Made by a program: the position numbers and the translations under genes
Notes under the pieces: model-generated
Told to the model about the DNA's origin: nothing
Seen by the model: only the letters and a program-made list of their open reading frames with translations
Databases searched by the model: none
Shown: positions 41,017 through 50,233 of the stretch, piece by piece
How positions within the stretch are numbered: position 1 is the stretch's first letter
How the letters are laid out: each line of letters starts with the position of its first letter
From: Polyangiaceae bacterium
GTDB lineage: Bacteria; Myxococcota_A; Polyangia; Polyangiales; Polyangiaceae
DNA: 64,000 nt
Assembly (NCBI GenBank): GCA_965222375.1
Contig: CBDCTZ010000012.1
Location: forward strand, 256,001-320,000
Direction of reading: 5' to 3'

Positions 41017-41684
41017 GGGCCAAAGCCCATCTCGCAAAGCGGGTCGGCTAGGTCCTGAGGCAGAGGTGCGAGCAGCTGAAGGCGGTCGCCGCTGACCGGG
41101 TGATTCAGACTCAAGCTCAGAGCGTGCAGCGCCAACCGGGCCAAGCCGAATCGGTCGCGCAGTAGGCGATTGTGTTCGCTCTTGCCGTACTTCGCGTCGC
41201 CAATCAGCGGCAGACTGAGGTGCTTCATGTGGCGGCGGACTTGATGCAGCCGGCCGGTGCGCGGACGGGCTCGTACCAGGGAATAGCGTTCGAAATCCCC
41301 CAAGCTCCAGTACTCGGTCAGCGCCGGGACCCGCGGTCCGCCCGCCCGTCTCGGGATGGGGTGGTCGACGATTCCGTGTGCTGGAGCAGGACCGCGAACC
41401 AGCGCCAAATAGCTTCGCTCAACATCTCCCGCATCCCGACCAGCTTGAATTTGATTGGCGGCTTCGGGATTCAAAGCGAAGAGCAGTACCCCGCTGGTTC
41501 CCCGGTCCAGCCGATGCACCGCGTGCACTCGTCGTTCCAGCTGCTTCGCCAGGAGATGCGCGATGGTCTCACGCTCCCGCGCCCAGCCGCGATGCACGGC
41601 CAGGCCCGAGGGCTTTAGTACGGCACAAAGGGAAGCGTCCAGGTGCAGAATGCGGAGCCGCTCAGGCACTAGCAGGTGGGACAA
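40959..41684 (-). CDS. RluA-family pseudouridine synthase (TruC-like)
   Basis: KPSGLAVH, HRLDRGTSG, TGRLHQVRRH, PLIGDAKYG, LALHA. Confidence 0.92.
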   Translation of the reverse strand: MSHLLVPERLRILHLDASLCAVLKPSGLAVHRGWARERETIAHLLAKQLERRVHAVHRLDRGTSGVLLFALNPEAANQIQAGRDAGDVERSYLALVRGPAPAHGIVDHPIPRRAGGPRVPALTEYWSLGDFERYSLVRARPRTGRLHQVRRHMKHLSLPLIGDAKYGKSEHNRLLRDRFGLARLALHALSLSLNHPVSGDRLQLLAPLPQDLADPLCEMGFGPQLLELDALEDAAPPRETC

Positions 41685-41785
41685 CCGCAGGTCATGCCGC
41701 CGCCGGACACGTCATTGCACAAGTAGTACGGCGTGCAAGCGGCGGCCGAGACACGAACTGCCAAGAAAGAAACCAAGCGGCGCAT
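41669..41785 (-). CDS. Putative 38-aa Cys-rich small (lipo)peptide
   Basis: Below the ORF-track cutoff. SD AGGA, then MRRLVSFLAVRVSAAACTPYYLCNDVSGGGMTCGCPTC*; fills the gap between two co-oriented genes. Confidence 0.45.
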   Translation of the reverse strand: MRRLVSFLAVRVSAAACTPYYLCNDVSGGGMTCGCPTC

Positions 41786-41803
41786 GAGATTTCCTATGAG
41801 AAC

Positions 41804-42934
41804 CTAGTGCGGATGTCGACGGCGCCGATCATCCGGGTTGCGGCTGCGACGCATGCTGCGCCGCCGAAGGAAGGGTTGATCGCCGGTGCGAATGCGTACG
41901 GTCGCGGGGGACTCGCTCACGACCCGTCCGGTGTAGGCGTCGATGCCGAATTCGTTGCCATTGACCCGGGAGTCCAGCCGGGCATGCACCAGGTAGAGGC
42001 CAGGTCGCGCGAAGGTACCTCGGGGGCAGAGTTCCACCAGACGGCTCCGTACGGTCAGGGTACGGCCGGGGCGCAGTGATAGGAACGCTTGGCGATCTGG
42101 CGAGCGCAGATCGGGCTGCGCGTCACAAGTTGTCAGGCCGTTTGGCCCCATGATCTCGAAGCTGACCAACTCGCGGCGAAAGTAGAGCCGCCGCGTGCGC
42201 TTGCTGCGATTCTTCAGTTTCAGGCTGATCGACGCGTAAATTTCTGCGCGCGCATCCGAGCCCTGGGTGACGCGCATCTGGATCGGTCCCTTGTCTCGTC
42301 GAGCGCGGTCAGCCTCGAGACGTGTTTTGGCCCAGCGAGCATATTCGGAGCGCAGCGCGAAGGTCTCGGATGACAGGCCCTTGATCCCGCCCGGAGTGTC
42401 GTCGTCGATCTGTTTGACCTTGCCGTCCAATACGTGGGCGACGAAGGGCGGCTTCTGTTCGACCTTGACCGGGACTTTCTTGCCCCGTTTCCAGGCCGAC
42501 TTGGTTTTTTCGGGCCAGCCAAACCGGGGCCGGATGATCGCTCCAGGAACGAGGCGCCACTGGCCACCGGCCGCAAAACAATACAGCCGGGGATCGAAGT
42601 GATGCACCACGCCCTCGCCGGGGCCCAGGATCACGAAGGTTCTTGGGTCCTGGCGCTTGGGCACCAGATTGCGGGGTAATCGGCAGCTCGCGGTTTTTCG
42701 CTTGCCCGGAACCTCCACTTTGAAGGACAGGAGCCGGGGATCCGCGACCAATCGCACCGGCTCGTCGCTGACATTCTCGATGCTCAGCCGCCACGGCAGG
42801 CGGGGACCTCGTTCGCTGACGTGGAACGCCAAGGGGCTATTTGGGGTCTTGGCAGGCTTTTCGGCGCTGGCGGGCAAGGTCGACAGACCGCCGAGTGCCA
42901 ATCCAACGATGACGCCGCCCCAGCGCAAGCTCAT
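41804..42934 (-). CDS. Secreted basic hypothetical protein with two related beta domains
   Basis: Signal peptide (..LPASA); two similar segments LLSFKV..C..F.IL.PG..LYC and LVSFEI..C..F.SL.PG..ELC. Confidence 0.75.
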   Translation of the reverse strand: MSLRWGGVIVGLALGGLSTLPASAEKPAKTPNSPLAFHVSERGPRLPWRLSIENVSDEPVRLVADPRLLSFKVEVPGKRKTASCRLPRNLVPKRQDPRTFVILGPGEGVVHHFDPRLYCFAAGGQWRLVPGAIIRPRFGWPEKTKSAWKRGKKVPVKVEQKPPFVAHVLDGKVKQIDDDTPGGIKGLSSETFALRSEYARWAKTRLEADRARRDKGPIQMRVTQGSDARAEIYASISLKLKNRSKRTRRLYFRRELVSFEIMGPNGLTTCDAQPDLRSPDRQAFLSLRPGRTLTVRSRLVELCPRGTFARPGLYLVHARLDSRVNGNEFGIDAYTGRVVSESPATVRIRTGDQPFLRRRSMRRSRNPDDRRRRHPH

Positions 42935-43005
42935 GGTCCCACGGACTACCACATGGGCCGGGGCGGTCCAATCTGCGCCGTGGATGCAGCAAATCGCGCT
43001 AATCT

Positions 43006-43644
43006 TTGCGAGTGCGAGGCCTGTACGCAATCGTTGATACGGACGCTCTCGGCCAAGCGGGGACGGATGTGCTCGCCTTCACCGCGGCGCTGGCCGCAGC
43101 GCGACCTGTCGCGTTGCAGCTGCGTGCGAAGTCCCTGTCAGCTCGCGATACGCTCGCGCTCGGACGTGAAATGGCACCCGTGGTCCGCGCGCACGATGTG
43201 GACTTCTTCTTGAACGACAGAGCAGATTTGGCGCTACTGGTTGGAGCTGACGGCGTGCACGTGGGTCAAACGGATCTGACGGTATCGGAAGTTCGACGGA
43301 TTGCTCCAGGCCTGCGGGTGGGGGCCTCCACCCACGGCGCGGAGGAATTGCGGTGTGCCCTTGCCGAGCGGCCCGACTACGTTGCTTTTGGACCCGTTTT
43401 CCCGACCCGCTCCAAGCACGCGCCGGATCCGGTCGTGGGGTTGAGGGATCTGACTCGAGCCAGCGCGGCCGCGAAAGCGGCGGAGATCCCTTTGGTGGCG
43501 ATTGGTGGCATCAACCTCACGAGCGCGGCGCAGGTTGCCGAGTTGTCCGTGGCCGGGGCCGTGATCGCGGGTCTCGGGACGGATCTCCAGGGCGCCCAGC
43601 AGCGCGCCGCGGATCTGCACTGCGCACTCGGCGGGGCAGCATGA
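43006..43644 (+). CDS. thiE: Thiamine-phosphate synthase
   Basis: GLYAIVD, QLRAK, LNDRADLA, GVHVGQTD, GASTH, GPVFPTRSK, VAIGGI. Confidence 0.93.
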   Translation: MRVRGLYAIVDTDALGQAGTDVLAFTAALAAARPVALQLRAKSLSARDTLALGREMAPVVRAHDVDFFLNDRADLALLVGADGVHVGQTDLTVSEVRRIAPGLRVGASTHGAEELRCALAERPDYVAFGPVFPTRSKHAPDPVVGLRDLTRASAAAKAAEIPLVAIGGINLTSAAQVAELSVAGAVIAGLGTDLQGAQQRAADLHCALGGAA

Positions 43645-44234
43645 GCCTGGTCATTGGCTTGATCGTCGGCGGTGCGCTGCTGGCCATGGGCGTGGGCACG
43701 GGGGCGGTGCTGCGTAGTCGTAGCCGAAAGGCCCCAGAGCAGCTGCCTCCTCCCAAGAAGCGCTCCACGGAGTTGTCCGATCGTGGGTTCGGGTTGGAGT
43801 TGGGGGACGTCATCGATGTTGAGAAGCGATCCCTGTGGCTCAGGCACGCCTGGCTCGCCAGTGAAGGGAAAGAGGCCATCGCCGCTTTGATGTTCGCCGA
43901 AGAAGACGTTGTGGTGATGCAACCCGGAGCCGGTTTGCGCGTGTGTCTGACTCGGCCCGTCGAACTCGCCGTTGGCGAGGAAGTGCCCTCCGCCATGGAG
44001 GTTGCCGGCGCGCGCTTCGAGCGTGTGCGCCGCTTGCCTGTCCGCCTGCAGCCCTTGGGAGAATCCCCACAGCCGCCCTTCGACGAGGCCACTTTGAGTG
44101 AACTTCGAGGCATTGCGGGGGAGGTGCTGTGGGTGCTGAGCCACGGTTCGCTGTGCAAGGCGTATGTAGGTCGAAGTCTAGACCCTTCGGACGTCGAGTA
44201 CTGGGGTGGCGGTTCGCTGACCGTTGCGCGCTAG
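43641..44234 (+). CDS. Membrane-anchored hypothetical protein
   Basis: N-terminal TM segment; ATGA overlap with thiE. Confidence 0.7.
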   Translation: MSLVIGLIVGGALLAMGVGTGAVLRSRSRKAPEQLPPPKKRSTELSDRGFGLELGDVIDVEKRSLWLRHAWLASEGKEAIAALMFAEEDVVVMQPGAGLRVCLTRPVELAVGEEVPSAMEVAGARFERVRRLPVRLQPLGESPQPPFDEATLSELRGIAGEVLWVLSHGSLCKAYVGRSLDPSDVEYWGGGSLTVAR

Positions 44235-44254
44235 GCGCGCCGCCTGCTCCGAGC

Positions 44255-45232
44255 TCAGACCGCACGCATCCGAAGCAACATGGCTTCCAGGGCGAGGGCC
44301 GGCTGCACGTTGCGCTCGACTTCGCCCAGGCTCGCCAGCACGATCGAGTAGCGTTTCGCCCAGCGCGCCGCGGCATCGGGATCCGCTGGTAGGCACGCTT
44401 TCGAGCGCTGGGCGGTGGCCAGGGCCACGTGTCCCAACAGCTCTCTAAGCGCGTGGCGGTCCTCAGGCCTCGACTTGGCCAGATCCAGTAGTCCTGTGGC
44501 ATCTGGCGAATCCAGAGCGTGGCGCACAGTCTCCGTGAACGCATCGCGTTGTGCCATGGCTTCCGGGTCCGCAAGCTGCCGAGCCTGCGCGGCGCTACCG
44601 TTGGCTCGGCTGGCCAACTCCGTCGGCATACTCCAGTTGCGCAGCAGCTGCTCCAGCACTGCCTCGGATAGGGGGCCGAAGCGCAAACCCAAGGTACGCG
44701 AGCGAATGGTGCCGAGCAGTCGGTTCGGCCGACTCGTGAGCAGCACGAAGGTCGTGCGATCTCCAGGTTCCTCCAGCGTCTTCAGCAGGCTGTTGGCCGC
44801 CTGTACCGTGAGTTCGTCGGCGCCTCGAATGATGAAGACCAGGCCCCGGCCTTCGTGGGGCGGATAGCCGGCTCGGGACAGAACGACCCGACGGATCTGC
44901 TCCACACTGATCCCTGTGGCCTCGCTGACGGAGCTACCCAGGATGTTGGAGGAGTACAGTCCGCGTTGCACGACGATGACATCCGGGTGGCGAGGCACAT
45001 GGGGTTCGTCCTCACTCAGGCTGACTGCCCGAACGCAGGCGCCACAGCTGCCGCAGCCGAGAGGCGTTGGTTGCTCGCACACCAGGGCTTGCGCCAGGGC
45101 GAAGGCCGCCAGCTCTTTGCCGACCCCGTCCGGTCCTTCGAAGCGGTAGGCGTGGTGCAGCTTGCCGTGCTGCAATGCGCGCGTCAGCGTCTCGACTGCG
45201 GGGGCTTGCCCCAGTACCTGTTCGAAACCCAT
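44255..45232 (-). CDS. holB: DNA polymerase III subunit delta'
   Basis: HAYRFEGPDGVGK, C..CGSCGAC zinc motif, HPDV, AANSLLKTLEEP, TIRSR. Confidence 0.92.
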   Translation of the reverse strand: MGFEQVLGQAPAVETLTRALQHGKLHHAYRFEGPDGVGKELAAFALAQALVCEQPTPLGCGSCGACVRAVSLSEDEPHVPRHPDVIVVQRGLYSSNILGSSVSEATGISVEQIRRVVLSRAGYPPHEGRGLVFIIRGADELTVQAANSLLKTLEEPGDRTTFVLLTSRPNRLLGTIRSRTLGLRFGPLSEAVLEQLLRNWSMPTELASRANGSAAQARQLADPEAMAQRDAFTETVRHALDSPDATGLLDLAKSRPEDRHALRELLGHVALATAQRSKACLPADPDAAARWAKRYSIVLASLGEVERNVQPALALEAMLLRMRAV

Positions 45233-46365
45233 TAGTTTGCGTCGTTTCCGAAGCTCAAAGCGCCGGAGCGGACCACGCCAGGCCAACTATCGACGTATTG
45301 GGTCTTTTCTCCGGGTTTCGAGGCGTCGATCCACAGGGCGTGGCCGGTGAAGGGCGCACGGACATCGATGTGAACGAAGCGGTTGTGGGGATAGTAGCCG
45401 CAGCCGACGTCCTTCATTTTGCGGCAGGCTCGGAACAGGTCTTCGTTGCTGACGCCGGTGATGAACAGATCCAAGGCACGCCCCTTGTGGTGCAAACCAT
45501 CGTGCGCTTTGCGCCGGTAGCCGCTGATCACATAGATGACCCGCTTCGGAAACATGGCCGCCAGGCGCGCCACAGCCCACACCAGCCTCGGATGGAGTAG
45601 TCGTACCTCAGGCAACCACTCACCGCTCACCACGCCATCTCGCGCGGGTTCCAGCGGCAACGGCAGTTCCGGACGAGGCGTGCCCGGCGGGCGGGCGATG
45701 ACGCTCAAGCGGTCCAGAGCATCCACGGCTACGGAGCCGTCACATTCGAGCAGCGTGATGGTGTCGTGTTCGCCGCCGTAGCGAGCGAGAGTTGCGGAGT
45801 AGGGTTTCTCCCAAGGTTTGCAGCGCCCGGCAGGAGCCACGACAGCCTCGCCAATGGAGGGTGCGAAAAGCTCGCTAGGCAGCATCTCGTTCAAGGACGA
45901 AGCCAATGAAGTGCCGAGTTCGAGGGCAAGGGGCTGCTTCAGGGCCAGGTTCTGCCCGATGGGGGCCTGCATGCCTCGACGGTGCTCTTCACGGGGTTCG
46001 CAGGCGGTCATGCTCCAACTCAAGCTGCCGTCCAACCAACGGCTGGGGCCGAAACGGCCGAGCCAGAAGCCCCGCCACTCCCCGTGGCGCTCCACTGCCG
46101 GCTCGATGAAGCGTCGAAGCAGCGGCAGCTGGCGTTCGGATGCCAAACGATGCGGCGTGCCCTGCGCGCGCTGTGCCAGCAACCAGGTGCTGCCATTCAG
46201 TCGACCGAATTGAGGTTCCGGTGCGGCGCGCTTCGCCGGACTAGCAGAGGCGAAAACCAAGCTAGCGAGCGCGCCTGCGAAGGCGAGCTTTGCCACACGG
46301 TGGCTGCGGGCTCTCGGTGACACGGACAGCACCGACAACCTACTTTCCCCGGTTGGAATAATCAA
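45232..46365 (-). CDS. DUF882/YcbK (peptidase M15A-like) protein
   Basis: VISGYR, HHKGRALD, GCGYYP, FVHIDVR; start uncertain. Confidence 0.82.
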   Translation of the reverse strand: MIIPTGESRLSVLSVSPRARSHRVAKLAFAGALASLVFASASPAKRAAPEPQFGRLNGSTWLLAQRAQGTPHRLASERQLPLLRRFIEPAVERHGEWRGFWLGRFGPSRWLDGSLSWSMTACEPREEHRRGMQAPIGQNLALKQPLALELGTSLASSLNEMLPSELFAPSIGEAVVAPAGRCKPWEKPYSATLARYGGEHDTITLLECDGSVAVDALDRLSVIARPPGTPRPELPLPLEPARDGVVSGEWLPEVRLLHPRLVWAVARLAAMFPKRVIYVISGYRRKAHDGLHHKGRALDLFITGVSNEDLFRACRKMKDVGCGYYPHNRFVHIDVRAPFTGHALWIDASKPGEKTQYVDSWPGVVRSGALSFGNDAN

Positions 46366-47177
46366 ATTGTCGCTTCGGGCTGACCGACGCGATCAGCGAA
46401 GCGGGTGATTCGGTCGACCAGCAGGTCGAAGTCCCAGTCCAGCGTGGCGACATGGTAGGAACGCGTCAGCACCAGAGTCTCGACCGGCCCGGGCACGAGA
46501 CGCGACAGAGCCAAGGAGTTTTCCGGGGGCACGCTGTGGTCCTGGGGGGAGTAGGCCACGAGCACGGGGAGCCGCAGCGTTTGCAGGGATCGGCGGATCC
46601 TCGGCAACTCGGCTAGAAAGCTATTGCCCGCAGCCGCAGGAACCCAGGTGTAGGCGTTTTCGTCTCCGCCCTTGGCGATGTCGTTCTTGGCCAAACCGGC
46701 TGCTCCGGCCGGGACAATGGGCAGGACCGTCTCAAGCCTTGGGGCCAGTTTGGCCAGCAGCCCCTCCCGGTCGAGGACCGTGGAATTGATCGCAACTACG
46801 CCGGCGATCTTGCTGCCCGCTTCAGCTGCGATATCCAGGGCGATGGTCCCGCCCATGCTGAGGCCGACCAGCACGACACCCCGGCACCGGCTCTGCAGCC
46901 GGGCGGCCGCTTGAGAGACTTCATGGTGCCAGTCGGCGTAGCGCGTCCGCGCCATGTCCCGGACGTTGGTCCCGTGGCCCGGCAGTCGCACGACCTCGAC
47001 GCAAAATCCTCGCTCCGCCAGCGCCTCGCCGACGGGGCGCGTGGTCGTTGGATTGCCAGTGAAGCCGTGGGCGACAACGATGCCCGTCTGCGCCCGATCT
47101 CCGCTGCCGGGGTCGGACCATGCCTCCGCTCCAGGAATCACCGCTGCGCTCATCGGTCCAGCTCCAGCTGTAGTCAC
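46362..47177 (-). CDS. Alpha/beta hydrolase (carboxylesterase/monoacylglycerol lipase-like)
   Basis: HGFTG, LPGHGT, GLSMGG, DHSVPP, SYHVATLD. Confidence 0.92.
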   Translation of the reverse strand: MTTAGAGPMSAAVIPGAEAWSDPGSGDRAQTGIVVAHGFTGNPTTTRPVGEALAERGFCVEVVRLPGHGTNVRDMARTRYADWHHEVSQAAARLQSRCRGVVLVGLSMGGTIALDIAAEAGSKIAGVVAINSTVLDREGLLAKLAPRLETVLPIVPAGAAGLAKNDIAKGGDENAYTWVPAAAGNSFLAELPRIRRSLQTLRLPVLVAYSPQDHSVPPENSLALSRLVPGPVETLVLTRSYHVATLDWDFDLLVDRITRFADRVGQPEATI

Positions 47178-47860
47178 TCAGCCGCGGCTGCTTCTTCCAT
47201 CTTCTTCTGACCCAGCCGCAGCAGATACAGGAACGTATCGAAGGCGTCTTTGGCGCCGGCCTCGTCACCCTCGAGGAATTCGGCAACGGCGAGGCCATTG
47301 AGGACCGCCAACACCAGAGTCGAGAGGGCCTGCATCTGGGGGAATAGGGCCGGGTCGATCTTCATCACGTCCGCAATGCCCTCGGTGATGAGTCGTCGGG
47401 CATCTTTTTGAAGCAGAGCCGCTCGTCGTTGGAGCTCCGGATCCCTCCGGGAAGCGCTCCAGACCTCGATGTTCAGATGCATCGCCGTGCGGTTTGCCTC
47501 CAGGACTTCCCACAGGGATTGCAGGGCGTGCACCAGACGCTGCCGCGGCTCGGCATCGGATGTGGACTTGATGGCGTCCTGTACGCGGGCCAGATATCTG
47601 TGCTGGCTGTAGCTCTGCACCTCGTGAATGAGCGCGGCCTTACTGGCGAAGTAGTAGTGCACGATGCTCTTGCGTAGGCCGAGCTCCTTGCCGATCTCCG
47701 CCAGAGTCGTTGCGCTGAACCCCTTGCGGGCGAAGCAGTTCGCAGCCGCTGTGAGAATGGACGCCACCCGAGGGTTGTTCCAATCGACGCTCTTTTCCGA
47801 CTTGTCGCTCCGCGTCACAGCCTCGGCAGCCGCGTCCAGGGTCGTATCTGTTGTGCTCAT
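47174..47860 (-). CDS. TetR/AcrR family regulator
   Basis: ILTAAANCFARKGFSATTLAEIGKELGLRKSIVHYYFASK. Confidence 0.92.
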   Translation of the reverse strand: MSTTDTTLDAAAEAVTRSDKSEKSVDWNNPRVASILTAAANCFARKGFSATTLAEIGKELGLRKSIVHYYFASKAALIHEVQSYSQHRYLARVQDAIKSTSDAEPRQRLVHALQSLWEVLEANRTAMHLNIEVWSASRRDPELQRRAALLQKDARRLITEGIADVMKIDPALFPQMQALSTLVLAVLNGLAVAEFLEGDEAGAKDAFDTFLYLLRLGQKKMEEAAAAE

Positions 47861-47973
47861 GAGTTCGTTGGCGCCGGCCGTTTGGCCGAATCACCCCTCG
47901 TTCGGCAAATCCGGGACGACACATGCCGGCTCCGGTTCAGGTAGCGGGTTTTTCCCCGGCCAGACCCCCGCTG

Positions 47974-48549
47974 TCAAGTCCCGCCCGGCCGGCCGTCCCG
48001 GTCCGAAAATCGCTTCGAAAGGGCGGTTTTGAACTCCTTGGCGGGGCAAATCAGGAGATCTCGGTCGATGAACGGCCCCAGAGCGGCAGATTTCGCGTCC
48101 GCCACACGCTCAAAGGCCACGTCTGGGGCGATCGCATCCTGACCGCACAAGATGGCTGCGATCACGCTGACGCTGCGGCTCATGCCCGCCGCGCAGTGCA
48201 CCAGTACGTTTCCGAGCTGCCGACGTCGATTGACGAAAGGCAGCGCCACTCCCAGCGCATGCTCGAATTCGGACTCCCCGTTGCCCCCGTCCATGATCGG
48301 CAGCTTCAGCCACTCGGTAGCGTTCTCCGCCGGACCCGTCACCTGATCGGTCGGGAACAGCGGCATCGGACACAATGAGACGACTCCGAAAAACGGGGTG
48401 GGATCCTGACTGGCATCCGGACGCCGGGCGCCCGCAAGCGCTTCACAGCCGGACTGATAGTCCCCCAACCAAAGCCTGTCGTCGATCCGCCACACGTCGT
48501 TATTGGGATCCCGCGGCCGCCCAGCGGCGCGCCGCAGCGAGGAGCTCAC
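47974..48549 (-). CDS. Dual-specificity protein phosphatase family
   Basis: IDDRLWLG, LPIMDG, VLVHCAAGMSRS (CX5R). Confidence 0.9.
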   Translation of the reverse strand: MSSSLRRAAGRPRDPNNDVWRIDDRLWLGDYQSGCEALAGARRPDASQDPTPFFGVVSLCPMPLFPTDQVTGPAENATEWLKLPIMDGGNGESEFEHALGVALPFVNRRRQLGNVLVHCAAGMSRSVSVIAAILCGQDAIAPDVAFERVADAKSAALGPFIDRDLLICPAKEFKTALSKRFSDRDGRPGGT

Positions 48550-48941
48550 TTCTTTGGAGCGGTCGGCGTCTTGACCGGTGCGGGTGCTTTCTTGGCCGTC
48601 GCAGCCGCTTTCTTAGCGGGAGCCTTCTTGGCTGGCGCCGCGCCCTTCTTTGCCGGTGCTGGCGCCTTGGGATCCGTGGCCTTGTCCTTGGCGTCCTCGG
48701 GTTTGGCGTCTTCAGGCTTGTCTCCGCCCTCGCCCTTGTCGCCTTCCGTGCCTTCGTCGGTTCCCTCCTCCGTGGCGCCCTCGCCGTCGGACTCCTCTGC
48801 CGCCTCGTCGCCTCCGAAGGGATCCTCCTCGGGCATCGGTGCCACGACGGGCGCAACCTCCGCGATGCTCGCTTTGGTGCCCCCTCCGCAGCTGCTCAAA
48901 AGCAACGCCAAAACCGCCCCCATGCCTACCTGGCTCTTCAT
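48546..48941 (-). CDS. Low-complexity lipoprotein (acidic core, PAKKA-rich tail)
   Basis: Lipobox LSSC; EEDPF..DEAAEE; APAKK repeats; stop overlaps the phosphatase GTG. Confidence 0.75.
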   Translation of the reverse strand: MKSQVGMGAVLALLLSSCGGGTKASIAEVAPVVAPMPEEDPFGGDEAAEESDGEGATEEGTDEGTEGDKGEGGDKPEDAKPEDAKDKATDPKAPAPAKKGAAPAKKAPAKKAAATAKKAPAPVKTPTAPKK

Positions 48942-49028
48942 GCCCGGGAGGCTAACCAAACCCGACCCACTTTGCCAGCCTGGCTGAGCGACAGATAGAG
49001 GCCCAGTGTTGAGCAGTGAATCGAGGGC

Positions 49029-49222
49029 TTGGGGTTGGGTCGCGTCGCTGGGGTGGGGAGGGGCACTAATCTCGCGCGAGGGCGAGCGGGGGCGGCTTTC
49101 CCTTGGTGGATCCAATTCTGCCGGCGTGCTCGGTCGCGTCCAGGCCTTCGCCGGCTTCGCCGGTGGCTGCTTCGCAGCCAGCCTGGACCCGACCTGTCCC
49201 CCGTCGGGGATTCCCCAGGGTC
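49029..49222. repeat. Cluster of REP-like palindromes and dispersed repeats
   Basis: Family B copy (49029-49077); branched hairpin GGTCGCGTCCAGGC...GCCTGGACCCGACC enclosing CCGGCTTCGCCGG and GGCTGCTTCGCAGCC; 26-bp repeat at 49197-49222. Confidence 0.75.
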
Positions 49223-49269
49223 TCGCTCGCCGGCGGTGGGGTGGTTTGTTTTTGAAAGGAAACCTCTCA

Positions 49270-49620
49270 ATGCTCCGTATCTGTCCAGTCAGTATTCAGG
49301 TGGCTCGCGAAGCTCGGCCGTTCGCCGATCGTATCGCCCGGTTTGACCGAGCTGCATCGGTGCAGTTGCGCAAGTCTCCTGGGTCGGTCGTCAACAACCT
49401 CGCAGAAGGTTAGGGGCTTTACCCCGTCGGGTATCACGAAGCGCGTCGGGCGGGGCGGCGACGGCTCGCGTATGAAATCGCGCCGGGCGAAGCAGGGGAA
49501 GCGCTCGCCAGTCTCGAGTTCGCGGAAGCCATGGGCTATGCGCCTCCGGCGCCCGCCGAGTTGCGAGCTCACTTCAATCACATCATCGGCACCCTCGTCA
49601 GAATCGTGCATCACCCATAG
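49270..49620 (+). pseudogene. Four-helix-bundle (23S rRNA IVP-like) protein with in-frame TAG
   Basis: SD GAAAGGA; MLRICPVSIQVAREARPFADRIARFDRAASVQLRKSPGSVVNNLAEG*GLYPVGYHEARRAGRRRLAYEIAPGEAGEALASLEFAEAMGY..FNHIIGTLVRIVHHP*. QL.K...SV..NLAEG and GY motifs fit the family; the frame continues past TAG 49411. Confidence 0.78.
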
Positions 49621-49690
49621 GCGCACACCTGACCCAACTCGTTCGCGGCGCGTTCGCCCTTTAGCAGCCACCTTCCCGAGCGGGAGGCGA

Positions 49691-49722
49691 CCGGCGGGCC
49701 CCGGAGCGAGGGGGCCCGCCGG
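49691..49722. repeat. Perfect 12-bp-stem hairpin between convergent genes
   Basis: CCGGCGGGCCCC-GGAGCGAG-GGGGCCCGCCGG. Confidence 0.7.
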
Positions 49723-49774
49723 GCAGTGCACCAGCTCCGCCCAGGGACGTCTGCTATCTCGTTCGCGAACGAGG

Positions 49775-50233
49775 TTACCCCTTGCTACGCAACTTGCGAA
49801 CGTGGATCAGGTAGTCGTCTACGTTGCGGAACGCACCGATGGGCAGCGGTTTGTCGCGGCCGAGTACGGTTTGCATCTGCTGTGGGTCGAAGCGTTCGCC
49901 GATGTTCATGTTGTGAGTGGCCGACATGCCGGCGGTGGGTTCGGCCAGCGATGAGGATGGCGCGCCGCCGTAGCATTCCACGTACCACTCGACAGGTGCC
50001 GGAGGGGGCTTCGTCAGGCCAGGGTCCAGCTCACCAGCTTCCACAGGCTCCAGCCCCAGCACTTTCGCGAAGTCGGTCACGAGGTACGCCGGGAGCCACT
50101 CGCTGAGGCCCGTGCGCCAGACCAGCACGAACGCGGGCAGGGCAGACATGGATAGAGAGGCTCGTAGGGCAGCGACGCTGGTGGGCTTCGGGGTTCCGTC
50201 GAAGTCTGCCCAGTACCATTCGGTGTCGGTCAT
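49775..50233 (-). CDS. GYF_2 (DUF4339) domain protein
   Basis: EWYW..G..P....L...LVWRTGLSEWLPA. Confidence 0.75.
   Translation of the reverse strand: MTDTEWYWADFDGTPKPTSVAALRASLSMSALPAFVLVWRTGLSEWLPAYLVTDFAKVLGLEPVEAGELDPGLTKPPPAPVEWYVECYGGAPSSSLAEPTAGMSATHNMNIGERFDPQQMQTVLGRDKPLPIGAFRNVDDYLIHVRKLRSKG

Noticed and set aside
48945..49260. RNase P RNA, tmRNA or riboswitch
   Set aside because: Highly structured, but I found no hallmark conserved motifs; better explained as REP-like palindromes.
24935..49620. Diversity-generating retroelement (CLec/FGE target plus Avd-like four-helix bundle)
   Set aside because: No reverse transcriptase, no TR/VR pair with adenine-specific mismatches was seen, and the genes are about 24 kb apart.
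49267..49731. Minus-strand 154-aa ORF
   Set aside because: Antisense of the interrupted four-helix-bundle gene, which has the SD and family motifs.
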